Shown here: in pieces, positions 44,751 through 54,767 of the stretch | Layout of the letters: each line of letters starts with the position of its first letter | How positions within the stretch are numbered: position 1 is the first letter of the stretch | NCBI GenBank assembly: GCA_021791775.1 | Contig: JAJYVY010000001.1 | Span: 1-63,879, forward strand | Origin: Candidatus Micrarchaeota archaeon | GTDB lineage: Archaea > Micrarchaeota > Micrarchaeia > Micrarchaeales > Micrarchaeaceae | Reading direction: 5' to 3' | Length of the DNA stretch: 63,879 nucleotides | Notes under the pieces: model-generated | Database searches by the model: none | The model's input: the letters and a program-made list of their open reading frames with translations, nothing else | Told to the model about the DNA's origin: nothing | Position numbers and translations under genes: made by a program

Positions 44751-45116
44751 GAAAAACACGCATAAGTAGAACTTACTTCGCGCAGACAGTAGATATCGCT
44801 CAGAAAAATATATATAGGTATTGAAAGACGCTGTAGGCCAGCGCACGCCAGGGGTTAGGGCCCAAAATGCGGCTAGTGAGGGAGTCTGGGCGTTAAACTT
44901 AGTCTGGTTGATTGGAATGGCTACGTATCGGACGGCCGCTTAAGCGCCCTCACCAGTGCCAATTCTGGCTCTTCCTTTTGCCCAATCTGCGCTGGCAATT
45001 TTTTGCTTTGCGTCTTTTTTATCATTTCCTGAGTTTCTTCCATGCAATCCAGAGGTAGACGAACCGTTTCTTTTAATACGTTTGTTCAGGATACGACAGT
45101 TTCGTTACTCTACTCT

Positions 45117-46121
45117 CTAATCTTTCAGCACAGAATTGCAGCCTGCGGGCTGACTCAGAGTCCCGCTGAGTATAAGTTTAAGATATCCCAGATATGGAAT
45201 TATGGCTATGACTTTGCCCTCTATATTTTGCTGTGACGGAGGTAAATTCTGGTACTGGATATCCAATCCGGGATTGTTGTCGCCTTTTGTCAGGTAGTAA
45301 TATGTGCCGCTTGCATTTACCACGGCATATACCCTATGTACTATGTAATCATCGCCCTCCCTGTAGAAGAGGTCGCTTGGGTTTGTCTTATATACGACTA
45401 CGCTGTTATTCTGATCTCCTGTTATTGTAGTGTTGCCTATGACTATCGCTTTTGTGTAGGCCTCCTGCAGCGTAGTCCCATTTGTGAATTGGAGATATGC
45501 AACTCCGCATTGGTATCGAATCGGGCCTGGCTGACTGGAGTTTGATATTATGCGGCCTCCATTGGGTTCCTGCTCGTAGATCCCTAAAGAATATCCTGGC
45601 TGCAGTATTAGGGATACATTCACGCTGCTGGCCGATATTTTATATGCAACACATTCAAGCGATTCATTCATTGCGTTGCTTATCATCTGCTGCACCTGTG
45701 CCTGCGTCATTTTTACTTCTGGCGCGTGTATCTGGCTGGGTTGAGCCACTCCCTGCAGGATAATCATGTCGCCTCTTTGCAGATATGGGAGCATGCTGCA
45801 GCTCGGCACCGCATCTATCGGATATCTGGTGTGCAGCAACCATTGCATCGCATACCAGATGGCCACTACCAGCACAATTGCGACAACGACCTCTAGTGCG
45901 TTCTTGAGTTTTCCCTCCTCACTTGATCCATTTATTATCTCAATGGCCACCAGCGCCACTATCATGGCGAATATTATTATTCCGAATATGACCGCTATGG
46001 TAGGCCTTGCCTGGTATACAACATAGAGGATGAAGAACACAATGAGGATTATGTAGAGGGGCCAGGTTGTTATGCTGCGCCCAGTTTTCCTATCTCGTTT
46101 CTCCTTTGCCAATGACCACAC
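45117..46121 (-). CDS. Signal peptidase I (S26, archaeal/Sec11-like) with a large insertion between the catalytic Ser and His
   Basis: It has N-terminal TM helices, box B (PSCSMLPYLQRGDMIILQG, Ser109), box D (DYIVHRVYAV, His262) and TKGDNN. The Ser-His spacing is 153 aa. Its start overlaps the smc 3' end by 32 nt. Confidence 0.72.
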   Translation of the reverse strand: MWSLAKEKRDRKTGRSITTWPLYIILIVFFILYVVYQARPTIAVIFGIIIFAMIVALVAIEIINGSSEEGKLKNALEVVVAIVLVVAIWYAMQWLLHTRYPIDAVPSCSMLPYLQRGDMIILQGVAQPSQIHAPEVKMTQAQVQQMISNAMNESLECVAYKISASSVNVSLILQPGYSLGIYEQEPNGGRIISNSSQPGPIRYQCGVAYLQFTNGTTLQEAYTKAIVIGNTTITGDQNNSVVVYKTNPSDLFYREGDDYIVHRVYAVVNASGTYYYLTKGDNNPGLDIQYQNLPPSQQNIEGKVIAIIPYLGYLKLILSGTLSQPAGCNSVLKD

Positions 46122-49100
46122 CGTTTTTACCTACCATCTCTATCCCTACGGCCCTCGAGTACCCCTCCTGCCTGGCGACCCCTATTGCGGCCTCCGCCAT
46201 GGTGATTAGTGAATCGTTGTGCCTGCCAACTATGAATTGCGATGTTTTTGCCAGTTCCCTCACCAATTTGGACAGCTTCTTCGAGTTCTCCCTGTCGAGC
46301 GCCGCATCTATTTCGTCGAATATGTAGAATGCCATGGGCTTTCTCATTTGTATGGAAAAAATGAGTGACAGCATGAGTATCGATTTCTCTCCTCCTGACA
46401 GCCCTTCATCGGTTCTCCTTTTTCCTCCGTTTTGCACGTTAAACATCAGCTTGGCCGTGAACGGGTCGCTTCCATCGAGATAGATGTAAGCCGACCCTTC
46501 AAAGACTGTGTTGTAGAGCTTCTGGAAATTCTTGTTTACCTCCTCGAAGGTTTGGTTGAATACGCTGAGTTTCCTTGACTCTATTTCTGATATCATTCCA
46601 AGGATTGACGACTTTTCCTTATCTAGCACATCCATCTTGCCTCTGGCTTCTTCCACGTCTTTCTTCCTTTGCGCGTATGCCTCTGGGGCCTTTAGGTTGA
46701 CGCTGCCTAGCAGTTCCAACTCGTGCTTTGACTCGGTTGCTTGCCTTTCCAGCTCCTCTATGCTCTTGTACTCCACCGCCTCTACATCCTGGTAAGATAT
46801 CAGCTCTGCTTTTATATCGCTCAGCCTGGTCTGCAACTGTGATCTTCTTCCCTCCGTCTCTATCATCTCCTTGTCTACTTTCTCTACCTCGTTTGACGCT
46901 TTGCCTTCCTGGAACCCCATCTTTGATAGCTTTTCATCCAACTGCTGCACCTCTTTTAGCAGCGAGTCAGAGGCTGTACCGTGGGCTTTTATCTTAGCCT
47001 CCACATCCCCCTTCCTTTTCCCGTATTCCATTATGGCCCTCTCTGCCTCCGCTATCCTCTTGTGCTGATCCTTCATCGCGGCCTCCTCCTGCTTTACCTC
47101 TTTTGTTATTGCTGCGCGCCTTTGAGTGTGCATCTGGTTTTCCTTTTCGAATTCTGCCAGTTTTATTTTCGTCTCTTCCACGGACGCCCTGAGCCTGTTC
47201 GCCTCCTCTAGCCCCTTCTGCGCATCCTGGCTGCTTCCTTTCTGCGATGATCTGCTTAGCAGTTCATGTATCCTATCGGCCTCTGCCCTTATCTCCTCTT
47301 TTTTCTGCTCTGCTTCTATTTTCCTCTGTGTGAGCTCCTTGTTTGCCTTTTCTATCTCTGATATTCTTGGTAGCGCTTCTATTTTTATTCTAGAGGACCT
47401 TGACATTTCTGCCTTTATCTTTAGGATATCATCCTCGGCATGTTTCAGCTCGGCATTTATCCCTGCCGTTCTGGCATCGGCCTGTGAAATCTCTTTTCTG
47501 GCTTCTTCTCCGGCTTTTTCTAGCTCTGCTATCTTCTGCGCTACGGCTTTTCTGTCAGATGTCATTTTATTGAGAGCAGATTCGAGCGTTCGCGGCAGCT
47601 GTTTTGCAGTGAACCTGCCGCCAGTTACAACTCCTGATTGCTCTACCAGCTCGCCTTCGAGAGTTACGAATCTCCCCGCGCCCAGTTCGCTCTTGCCCAA
47701 TCCAGTTATGCTGTCTACAAGGTAGGTATTGGCGAATATGTATTCGAACGCCTTCCTGTACTTTTCATCAAAGCTCACTTTGTTTATGAGCGGCTGCAGA
47801 TTCGTCTGCTGGCCCCTTGCCACTCTTATCTCATTTATTGGTATGAATGATGCCCTTCCAAGATTCTTCGCCTTTATTATCTCTATGGCACGGCTTGCCG
47901 TCTCTATGGAGTCGACAACATAGTAGTTCAGCCTGCTGGCCGTTGAAGCATATACGGCTACGGCATATTCGTCATCGCACTTCAGAAGCTCTGACGCCCT
48001 TCCATAAAACCCTTTCTTCAGCTCTGCTTTCAATATGGGCGTTATCCGGTCCTGGCTCTTTCCCGACAGCGCCAACTGTTCCCTCAGGTTTATCAATTCG
48101 GTGTCGAACTTTGAGGCTGCAATGTTCTGCTCCCCTATTTTGGCATTTATGTCTTGGAGTCTGCCCCTTCCGGCTTGCAATTTGTCCAGCTCTGCCTTAA
48201 GCTCCTTTTGCAGCTTCTTATACGACTCGTCAAGGGCTTTTCTCTCTGCCTCCATTCTCTCAATCTCGCTGTTTGCTGCTGACAGGCCGTCCTGGAGTTT
48301 CGAAAGCTCAGAGTTCCTTGAAATGCATTCTGAATTTATATCAGAAAGCACCCCCTCTATGCCTAAAAGTTCTTTTTGCAGCTCTGAGTATCTTGCTATT
48401 ATTTCCTTTCCGCTGCTGTGCTCGTCTATTGCATGTTTCGCAAGCTCCTTTTCTGCAGATGCAAGCGCTGACTTCAACATAGCCATCTCCGCTGCATTTG
48501 AATCGAGCTTCTTTGTTATGCTCTCGGATTCTTCCTTGAGCCCTTTTATCCTTTCCTTCCCATTTGCTATGGATTCCTCTATCTGGCGTATCAAGTTTTC
48601 TTGGATCCTTATATTGGAGCTTGTCTCATCGAGCATCTTGTTGGCCGTGCTGAGCTCTATGGACCCTTCGTTCATCTTCTTTACGAGTTTCTCCTTGTAG
48701 GATGTTACGCTTGACAGTTCGTCATCCAGCTTCTTTATCTCTGCTTCTAGGGATTTCCTCCTGTTTGTCAGCCTGTCGTATCCCTCTACCACGTTCTTGT
48801 ACTCCCCGCTTATCTGCTCTTCTCTCGCCTTGAGCATCGTGTAGGTTGTCTTCTTTATTTTGGCCTGGAGCTCCAAGTACCTTTCTGCATCTGATTTTTC
48901 CTTCTCCAGTTCGTTCAGAAATGCCTGCCTTTCACCGAGCATTATGTTCGCTTCATTTATCTTTGCATCTACCTTTTCCAGCTCTTTCTGCGCTGCCTCC
49001 CGTTTCTCATCAAATTCGCTTATGCCGGCCGCAATGTCTATCAGGCTCCTCCTCTCTCTCGCACTCAGGTTCAGGATTTTTGTTATTTCTCCTTGTATTA

Positions 49101-49503
49101 TTGTATTTGTCTCATTCAATTCTGCCTTGTGTGCTTTGAGGAGATCCAGTACCTGCTGCCTTGTTGATCTTTTCCCGTTTATCCTGTAGGAAATCTTGTT
49201 GTTAGATTTGATTATCCTTGAAATCTCTATATTCTCATCGCCTGTGAATGCGACTGTAGTATACGCTCTTCTCACTCCATCGCTCTTGACGGGTTTTGCC
49301 ATGGCGTTTATCAGCCCTTTTGCGGATGACACCCTCATCCTTTTGAGCGAGGATTCTCCCATAGCAAAAAGGAGGGCATCACATATGTTGGATTTGCCTG
49401 ATCCGTTAGGCCCGACTATGCAATTGAAGCCTTTACTGAAGTTTATATTGGCGTGCCTGAACGACTTGAAATTATGCAAGGTTATTCTATCTAGTCGTAA
49501 CAT
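46090..49503 (-). CDS. smc: Chromosome segregation protein SMC
   Basis: 1137 aa with a Walker A (GPNGSGKSNICDA), long coiled coils, a hinge, and the C-terminal signature LSGGEKSILMLSLIFSI plus Walker B (FYIFDEIDAALD). Confidence 0.94.
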   Translation of the reverse strand: MLRLDRITLHNFKSFRHANINFSKGFNCIVGPNGSGKSNICDALLFAMGESSLKRMRVSSAKGLINAMAKPVKSDGVRRAYTTVAFTGDENIEISRIIKSNNKISYRINGKRSTRQQVLDLLKAHKAELNETNTIIQGEITKILNLSARERRSLIDIAAGISEFDEKREAAQKELEKVDAKINEANIMLGERQAFLNELEKEKSDAERYLELQAKIKKTTYTMLKAREEQISGEYKNVVEGYDRLTNRRKSLEAEIKKLDDELSSVTSYKEKLVKKMNEGSIELSTANKMLDETSSNIRIQENLIRQIEESIANGKERIKGLKEESESITKKLDSNAAEMAMLKSALASAEKELAKHAIDEHSSGKEIIARYSELQKELLGIEGVLSDINSECISRNSELSKLQDGLSAANSEIERMEAERKALDESYKKLQKELKAELDKLQAGRGRLQDINAKIGEQNIAASKFDTELINLREQLALSGKSQDRITPILKAELKKGFYGRASELLKCDDEYAVAVYASTASRLNYYVVDSIETASRAIEIIKAKNLGRASFIPINEIRVARGQQTNLQPLINKVSFDEKYRKAFEYIFANTYLVDSITGLGKSELGAGRFVTLEGELVEQSGVVTGGRFTAKQLPRTLESALNKMTSDRKAVAQKIAELEKAGEEARKEISQADARTAGINAELKHAEDDILKIKAEMSRSSRIKIEALPRISEIEKANKELTQRKIEAEQKKEEIRAEADRIHELLSRSSQKGSSQDAQKGLEEANRLRASVEETKIKLAEFEKENQMHTQRRAAITKEVKQEEAAMKDQHKRIAEAERAIMEYGKRKGDVEAKIKAHGTASDSLLKEVQQLDEKLSKMGFQEGKASNEVEKVDKEMIETEGRRSQLQTRLSDIKAELISYQDVEAVEYKSIEELERQATESKHELELLGSVNLKAPEAYAQRKKDVEEARGKMDVLDKEKSSILGMISEIESRKLSVFNQTFEEVNKNFQKLYNTVFEGSAYIYLDGSDPFTAKLMFNVQNGGKRRTDEGLSGGEKSILMLSLIFSIQMRKPMAFYIFDEIDAALDRENSKKLSKLVRELAKTSQFIVGRHNDSLITMAEAAIGVARQEGYSRAVGIEMVGKNGVVIGKGETR

Positions 49504-49651
49504 TAGTCCACCAGTCTGGTCGTGCGCTGGTTTTGCTAGAAATATACCACTCCGAGGTTATTTATTCTTTTGCATGGGTTTTATTATGCAAGGAGTAGCG
49601 GAATTCTGATTCAATTTAGATGCGATTGCCTTCTTGCAGCCAGGCTCCATT

Positions 49652-50977
49652 TTATCTGGCGCCTCTAAGCAGCTGATTGCGCATTTTGAGATTGTTGAGA
49701 TCTACTAATGCTGACAGGTGCGCGGCTTCTGACCATGCGAGATCCTTAATCACGCTGCATCCATTCCTCTTGTAATAGTTGTCTGGATCGCAGTCTGATG
49801 CTGGATCGACAATCTCCTGCTCTGGAAGCATGACGTTACCATTTGCCGTATATCTGGATCCTACATAAGAGATTATTCTTTGCGCCTTTTCTGTATTTCC
49901 ATTCCTCATGTAGTACTTAGCCGCCTCGAGCCCCAGGAGAAGCCATCTTCCTCCATAAAAGTATGTATCGCCAAGGAATCGGATTGGGAGGTAATGGTGT
50001 ATAGGTAACCTGATGCCCCTGAAAAGGGTATTATCAATCGCGTTCATTGTTTTCGCCTCAATTTCGGCGGTTACGCTTGGAGGCCTGAACTTAGTAAAGA
50101 CGAATATGGAAGACGCATCTAATTCGTTAACTGGCTCGGATTCGAAACCTGACCTGTCAGGTTTCCATACATTCTTTGACTTGAATAGCATGTTGTGCTT
50201 CACAAAGAAGTCTGATATGAATTTGTCCATTCTGGAAAGCCGCTCCATTCTCCACGGCGGCACTTCGATGTCGAGCTTATGTGATATCTCGATTGCTGAT
50301 GCAAAGCCTCTGTATATGGCCGCGAGGGTGGTGGAGTGGAGCTGGTGGGAGTCTATCTCCCACATGCTCGATGAGGGGCTCTTGTATACTTTTGCCATAT
50401 AGTCCATTATCAATTTCATGTTATCGCGAATCGTCCGAATTGGCGTTTCTATACCTTCAATGCCGAAAGCGGATATGTAGTCCCTGGTAGCCATGAGCAG
50501 CAACGGCAGAGAATCGTACTGCCTCAACCATGTGCCGTTATCTACAGTGTCAGAGACCGGCTGGCCCCATGCATGGCCGCTGTAAAGCCTTCCGTTATTG
50601 CCAACTCTCGCCGGAAGGTGAGCGTCCAGCCTGAGAAACTTCGAATCATCCTCAATCGGCAGGGATAGCCCGATCTGCACATTTTCAATAAAATTGTTAA
50701 AAGACCCCCACAGGAAGCCTAACTGGCGCCGCACAGCGTTTAGTGCGGTTTCCTTCGTGTGCTGCAAGTGGTCTTGTCGTAGGAGTGAAAGGTGCTTTGC
50801 TGCCTCTACAAGGGACATGGCAACCATGGAAGAGTCCCTGAACCAGCAAGGTTTGTACCAATCGTATGTCAGGGACGCCGGCATGTAGCCGTTTTCTTGT
50901 ATGTGCTCATCTAAATGCCTTACAGTAGCGGAGATCTGGTCGACTGTGCTTCTGCCGGGAGACTGCAGCTTGTGCAT
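49652..50977 (-). CDS. Glycoside hydrolase family 15 (glucoamylase/trehalase-like (alpha/alpha)6 barrel)
   Basis: 441 aa with CWFRDSSMVAMSL (the WxRD motif typical of GH15) and an overall helical-repeat character. Confidence 0.75.
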   Translation of the reverse strand: MHKLQSPGRSTVDQISATVRHLDEHIQENGYMPASLTYDWYKPCWFRDSSMVAMSLVEAAKHLSLLRQDHLQHTKETALNAVRRQLGFLWGSFNNFIENVQIGLSLPIEDDSKFLRLDAHLPARVGNNGRLYSGHAWGQPVSDTVDNGTWLRQYDSLPLLLMATRDYISAFGIEGIETPIRTIRDNMKLIMDYMAKVYKSPSSSMWEIDSHQLHSTTLAAIYRGFASAIEISHKLDIEVPPWRMERLSRMDKFISDFFVKHNMLFKSKNVWKPDRSGFESEPVNELDASSIFVFTKFRPPSVTAEIEAKTMNAIDNTLFRGIRLPIHHYLPIRFLGDTYFYGGRWLLLGLEAAKYYMRNGNTEKAQRIISYVGSRYTANGNVMLPEQEIVDPASDCDPDNYYKRNGCSVIKDLAWSEAAHLSALVDLNNLKMRNQLLRGAR

Positions 50978-51080
50978 GCACTCTTACACTGCCTCTTAAT
51001 CTTTCAAGTATTTAAATGTGATTACCACGCGCTTGCAAAGAGCACGGTGAGGATTGGTTTTGGGTGCTCAATAAAGAAGG

Positions 51081-52175
51081 TTATTGCTTCTTTTTTGATA
51101 GGTAGAGCTGGATCGCTGCTTCCACATATGGAGCATACAGAACGCCTACCAGCCTTTTATTTTTTATTACAACTACGGTATTCTTTTCTTCCACCTGCAT
51201 TAACTCAATGGCATCTGATAGTTTTCTGCCGCCATCTATTTTTGGGACTTCGCTCTTAAACATAGTGCCTTCCTTTTCGCTTATGGTGTGGTCTCCCATA
51301 TCCGAATTGGCGCTGAGCCTGCCGCTAAATGCAAAGAACCGATTTCCTTTCTTCAATAGGACTATGTTTGTGCCCTTGCGAACCATCTCTTTGTACAATG
51401 AAGAGAGTCGCATCTGCGGAGTAACCAATATGAAGTTCTTCGTTGCCGCATCTGCTGCGGCAACATTGCGCGCCCTACTTTTGAATATAGCGCTCTGGAG
51501 TTCGGCCTTTGCGCCATCATACAGAAAAAGTGCAATTATCACATCGAAAAGCACGAGGAATTCCCTATATGTGAATGTCGCATTTGGTATTACCGCTGCA
51601 TATATTATGGTTCCGACCACTATCCCTACAACGACTATATTGCTCGCTTTGACAGCGATTTTAGTAGAGTCGAGGGGGCTGTGCCTCCTTTCCAGGTAGC
51701 TCCTCAGTACTCTCCCTCCATCAAGTGGGAATCCTGGAAGGAGATTAAACACGCCTAATAAGAGATTTATCTCGAACAGGAATTGCAGCCCCTGTTTTAG
51801 TATGCCTGCTCCTGGCGCAATTAAGTAAAATGGAACGAATATCAGCCCAAGGGCAATGCTCGTCAGCGGGCCTGCAAGCGAGATTTTCAGTTCCTTTCCG
51901 GGTTTCACTTTGGTGAAATCTATGATGGATGCTCCGCCGATTGGTAGAAGTATTATTTTCTTTACCTTTATGTCATTTCTGATGGCGACTACGGAGTGCG
52001 CCAATTCGTGTATCAGCACACAAACGAAAAGTAGAACTAGGAGCGCAAAGAAAAAGAGCCCGCCAGGGCTTGTTGCAAGTAGGATGAGGGCGAGTAGCAT
52101 CAATCCCAAGAACGTCCAGTGCAGTTGTATTGGTATGCCGAATATCTTTCCTATTGTGGGAGATAATGAAACCAT
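51081..52175 (-). CDS. Site-2 protease family (M50) metalloprotease with C-terminal CBS domain pair
   Basis: HELAHS in a TM helix, LLPGFPLDGGRVL, and a C-terminal soluble CBS-like repeat. Confidence 0.85.
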   Translation of the reverse strand: MVSLSPTIGKIFGIPIQLHWTFLGLMLLALILLATSPGGLFFFALLVLLFVCVLIHELAHSVVAIRNDIKVKKIILLPIGGASIIDFTKVKPGKELKISLAGPLTSIALGLIFVPFYLIAPGAGILKQGLQFLFEINLLLGVFNLLPGFPLDGGRVLRSYLERRHSPLDSTKIAVKASNIVVVGIVVGTIIYAAVIPNATFTYREFLVLFDVIIALFLYDGAKAELQSAIFKSRARNVAAADAATKNFILVTPQMRLSSLYKEMVRKGTNIVLLKKGNRFFAFSGRLSANSDMGDHTISEKEGTMFKSEVPKIDGGRKLSDAIELMQVEEKNTVVVIKNKRLVGVLYAPYVEAAIQLYLSKKKQ

Positions 52176-52196
52176 AAACCTCTATTAAGTATACCG

Positions 52197-52988
52197 TTGG
52201 ATTTATTTAATGATTCTATGGAAAAGTATGAGGTGCTGCTTCTTTACCATAAAGCCGCTGCGTTGCTAAAAAGCAACAATAAATGCCATATCGTTGTGGG
52301 AGACCTGCACCTAGGGCTTGAACGAAAGCTTTACGAAAAGGGGATAAAGATGCATACCGCATCAGAAGTGATGGCAAATACCCTAATGAAAATCGCAGAT
52401 GACTACAAAACAAAAAGCATAATTTTGTTGGGCGATGTAAAGGAAAGCATTTTGAATCCTGATGTGGGAGAGCGCAGATCTATAAATCAATTCTTTGACG
52501 CATTAAATGGCTTCGATATAAAAATTGCTTCGGGGAACCACGACTCCAGACTTGGAGATCTGGTAAAAGCGCCGATTGAGGATGAGATAATAATGGGGAA
52601 CGTGGCACTATTGCACGGCAATGCTTGGCCGTCAGAAGCCGCGATGCAGAAAGATTACTTGATTGTGGCGCACAACCATGTTGCAGTCGCCTTCAAAGAC
52701 AAAAATGGCAGGGCCTACGCGCAAAAAGCGTGGTTGGTTTCTGGGTTAGACAGTGCTGGCGCTAAAAAGCGTTATAAAAAATTTAACGCTGAGATCAAAC
52801 TCGTTGTGATGCCCGCTTTTAATGATTTAATAATCGGTATGCCGGTAAATGCGGTGTCAGATAGCCATATCAATCCATTATTTAGAAACCGGGTTTTCAA
52901 CTATGAGGAATCAGAAGTATACTCTATGGACGGGATTCTTATCGGCAGCCCTTCGTCACTAAAAGCCGCAGGATCTATTCCTCTCTGA
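52197..52988 (+). CDS. Calcineurin-like metallophosphoesterase (archaeal ICC/SbcD-related family)
   Basis: VVGDLHLG, LLGDVKE, GNHD and LLHGN/AHNH motifs appear in order. Confidence 0.8.
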   Translation: MDLFNDSMEKYEVLLLYHKAAALLKSNNKCHIVVGDLHLGLERKLYEKGIKMHTASEVMANTLMKIADDYKTKSIILLGDVKESILNPDVGERRSINQFFDALNGFDIKIASGNHDSRLGDLVKAPIEDEIIMGNVALLHGNAWPSEAAMQKDYLIVAHNHVAVAFKDKNGRAYAQKAWLVSGLDSAGAKKRYKKFNAEIKLVVMPAFNDLIIGMPVNAVSDSHINPLFRNRVFNYEESEVYSMDGILIGSPSSLKAAGSIPL

Positions 52989-53154
52989 GTATAGTTATTG
53001 GTATTATGCCTTCATCGAATTCCAGTTCCGCTAGGTCTATGGGATTCACTATGTTTTCTGGCACCTTCACAAGCGGCGGGGCGCCGTACGCCAACTGCAA
53101 TGCCCTCGCCCCGATAATTCTTGCCTTCTCGTATTTTGAATATTTTTCTGCCAT
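52975..53154 (-). CDS. rpoK: DNA-directed RNA polymerase subunit K (Rpo6)
   Basis: Not in the ORF track (59 aa). My translation is MAEKYSKYEKARIIGARALQLAYGAPPLVKVPENIVNPIDLAELEFDEGIIPITILREE, a canonical RpoK core. It starts 11 nt after the reductase stop. Confidence 0.88.
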   Translation of the reverse strand: MAEKYSKYEKARIIGARALQLAYGAPPLVKVPENIVNPIDLAELEFDEGIIPITILREE

Positions 53155-53165
53155 TTTGCCACCAA

Positions 53166-54605
53166 CTATACTGGATTTGGTTTAAATTTCTGCTTTGCTT
53201 CTTCCATCTCGGCTGCGACCCTCTCCCTCCATGCAGCAAACTCCTTTATGTTACTTGGATAGTGCTCGTATATCCCATTCAAAGTATTCATCTTCTTGAC
53301 CACGTACAAAAGGTTCTGGAACGCCCTGATATTTGATGCGCCTTTTAGTACTAGTTTTGCTTTAGATGCCAGGCTTAATTCTGGTATCATGCCGTAGCTT
53401 AGCTCCTCGGCCTCTTTGGCAGTGAGAAACATTCGCATGCCATAGTTGATTGTGTCATTGTTAAGAGATTGCAGGTATGTCCTGAAGACCTCTAGGCCTG
53501 CTGTCTTCTTGCCGTAGGCTTCATTGAAATCGAGATTGTACTGCCATAGGGATTCTGTACTGGGGCCTCCGTCATTTAATGCCCGGGCTGCTGCGTCACC
53601 TGCAAGTATCCCGGATACCAGAGCCGGACCTATACCGCCTGCGCTTATGGGATTTGGCATCGCCATGCTATCCCCGGCGCCTATGTAGCCATTGAATACC
53701 ATGCAGTCTAATTGCCTTCTTACCGCAACAGACCAGTAGCCTTTCCCATTATTATTTTCATTATAGAGCCTTGGATTCTTTATTGCAGGGTTGTGTTTTA
53801 CATATTCATCCATCAAAGTATGGAGCGTGTCGTTCTTGCCGAGTTTTTTATTCCTTATTTCTAGGCTTTCCTTCTGCACACCTATACCTATGTTAACCCG
53901 TGTGCCTTTCTTAGGGAATACCCATCCATATCCTCCAGGAGCCCATTCTTGATTTAGATGTATGAGTGCATTCTTTGGATCGTAAAACCTTTCGTCAGAA
54001 TGATCCAATTCGAAGTCATAAATATATCTGCCGGTGGACTCTAGGTCTGCCACATCTACAACCTTGTCTATGTAAGGATTATCAGGCAGCTTTCTCCTTA
54101 ATGTGGTTGCGACCCCAAGCGCGTCTATGACGATTTTAGCCCGTATCTCCCTGTGCTGTTTCTCTCTATCTTTGCCAAATATTCCGGTAATATAATTATT
54201 TTCCATTATCGGCCCTTCCACTTCAAATTCAGGCATGTACTCTGCGCCATTTCTCCTTGCTTCCTGCATCAACTTGTATTCGAATGCCGGTCTGTTGAGC
54301 ACATAGCCGGCACCTTCAAAGGGTATCTTATACTCTAGATCGGGAGATATAACTAGAACTCCATCAACCTTGACATCAAGCTCTGGGTAATCGAATGTGA
54401 GGCCCAGTTTCGATTTTATGAATTGAAGGTGTGCATCTGCAACCGCATCGCCGCATACCCAACCCCAGTTGGTCTTCTTGCCCACCTCCTGCTCTTTATT
54501 TCTGTCAAGAAGCAATACCTTTAGGCCTTTTTTCGCGGCTACGGCGGCAGCTAACGAGCCCGCCATTCCGGCTCCTGCGATTATAACATCATATTGATCT
54601 GGCAT
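53166..54605 (-). CDS. FAD-dependent geranylgeranyl reductase family protein (digeranylgeranylglycerophospholipid reductase-like)
   Basis: N-terminal DVIIAGAGMAGSLAAAVAAKKGLKVLLLDR FAD fold and GDAA ... motif. At 479 aa it is longer than typical. Confidence 0.78.
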   Translation of the reverse strand: MPDQYDVIIAGAGMAGSLAAAVAAKKGLKVLLLDRNKEQEVGKKTNWGWVCGDAVADAHLQFIKSKLGLTFDYPELDVKVDGVLVISPDLEYKIPFEGAGYVLNRPAFEYKLMQEARRNGAEYMPEFEVEGPIMENNYITGIFGKDREKQHREIRAKIVIDALGVATTLRRKLPDNPYIDKVVDVADLESTGRYIYDFELDHSDERFYDPKNALIHLNQEWAPGGYGWVFPKKGTRVNIGIGVQKESLEIRNKKLGKNDTLHTLMDEYVKHNPAIKNPRLYNENNNGKGYWSVAVRRQLDCMVFNGYIGAGDSMAMPNPISAGGIGPALVSGILAGDAAARALNDGGPSTESLWQYNLDFNEAYGKKTAGLEVFRTYLQSLNNDTINYGMRMFLTAKEAEELSYGMIPELSLASKAKLVLKGASNIRAFQNLLYVVKKMNTLNGIYEHYPSNIKEFAAWRERVAAEMEEAKQKFKPNPV

Positions 54606-54767
54606 GTATTCTCCTCTAGTTCCTCTACTTTTATTCCGATTTATCTTTATATGCTTATCTGCGGGCCGCTTTCATCCCACTGCTGAAGGGTCTGGAATTC
54701 ACTGCTCACTCTGTTAATATTCTATCGTAATGGCTTTTAAGATTTTGCATTGTATCGGCCGTATGCT

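Noticed and set aside
44851-44960. Possible 5S rRNA or tRNA in the large gap. The minus strand contains CCATTCCAATCAACCAGACTAAGTTTAACGCC, reminiscent of the 5S loop C region, and a GCGGC...GCCGC pair spaced about 70 nt apart.
   Set aside because: The helices that can be drawn leave no room for 5S helices IV/V, and the segment is too short (~85 nt). There is no T-arm (GTTCRA) or anticodon stem for a tRNA. It is reported only as an unassigned structured element.
44921-45043. 40-aa minus-strand ORF (MEETQEMIKKTQSKKLPAQIGQKEEPELALVRALKRPSDT) downstream of the signal peptidase
   Set aside because: It has no motif and no Shine-Dalgarno or TATA context that I could see, and it overlaps the structured segment. 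I cannot support it as a gene without conservation data.
46532-49189. Multiple 65-221-aa plus-strand ORFs (for example 47126..47725 and 48035..48700)
   Set aside because: They are antisense to the smc coiled-coil region. Their S/F/L-rich sequence mirrors the K/E-rich sense strand.
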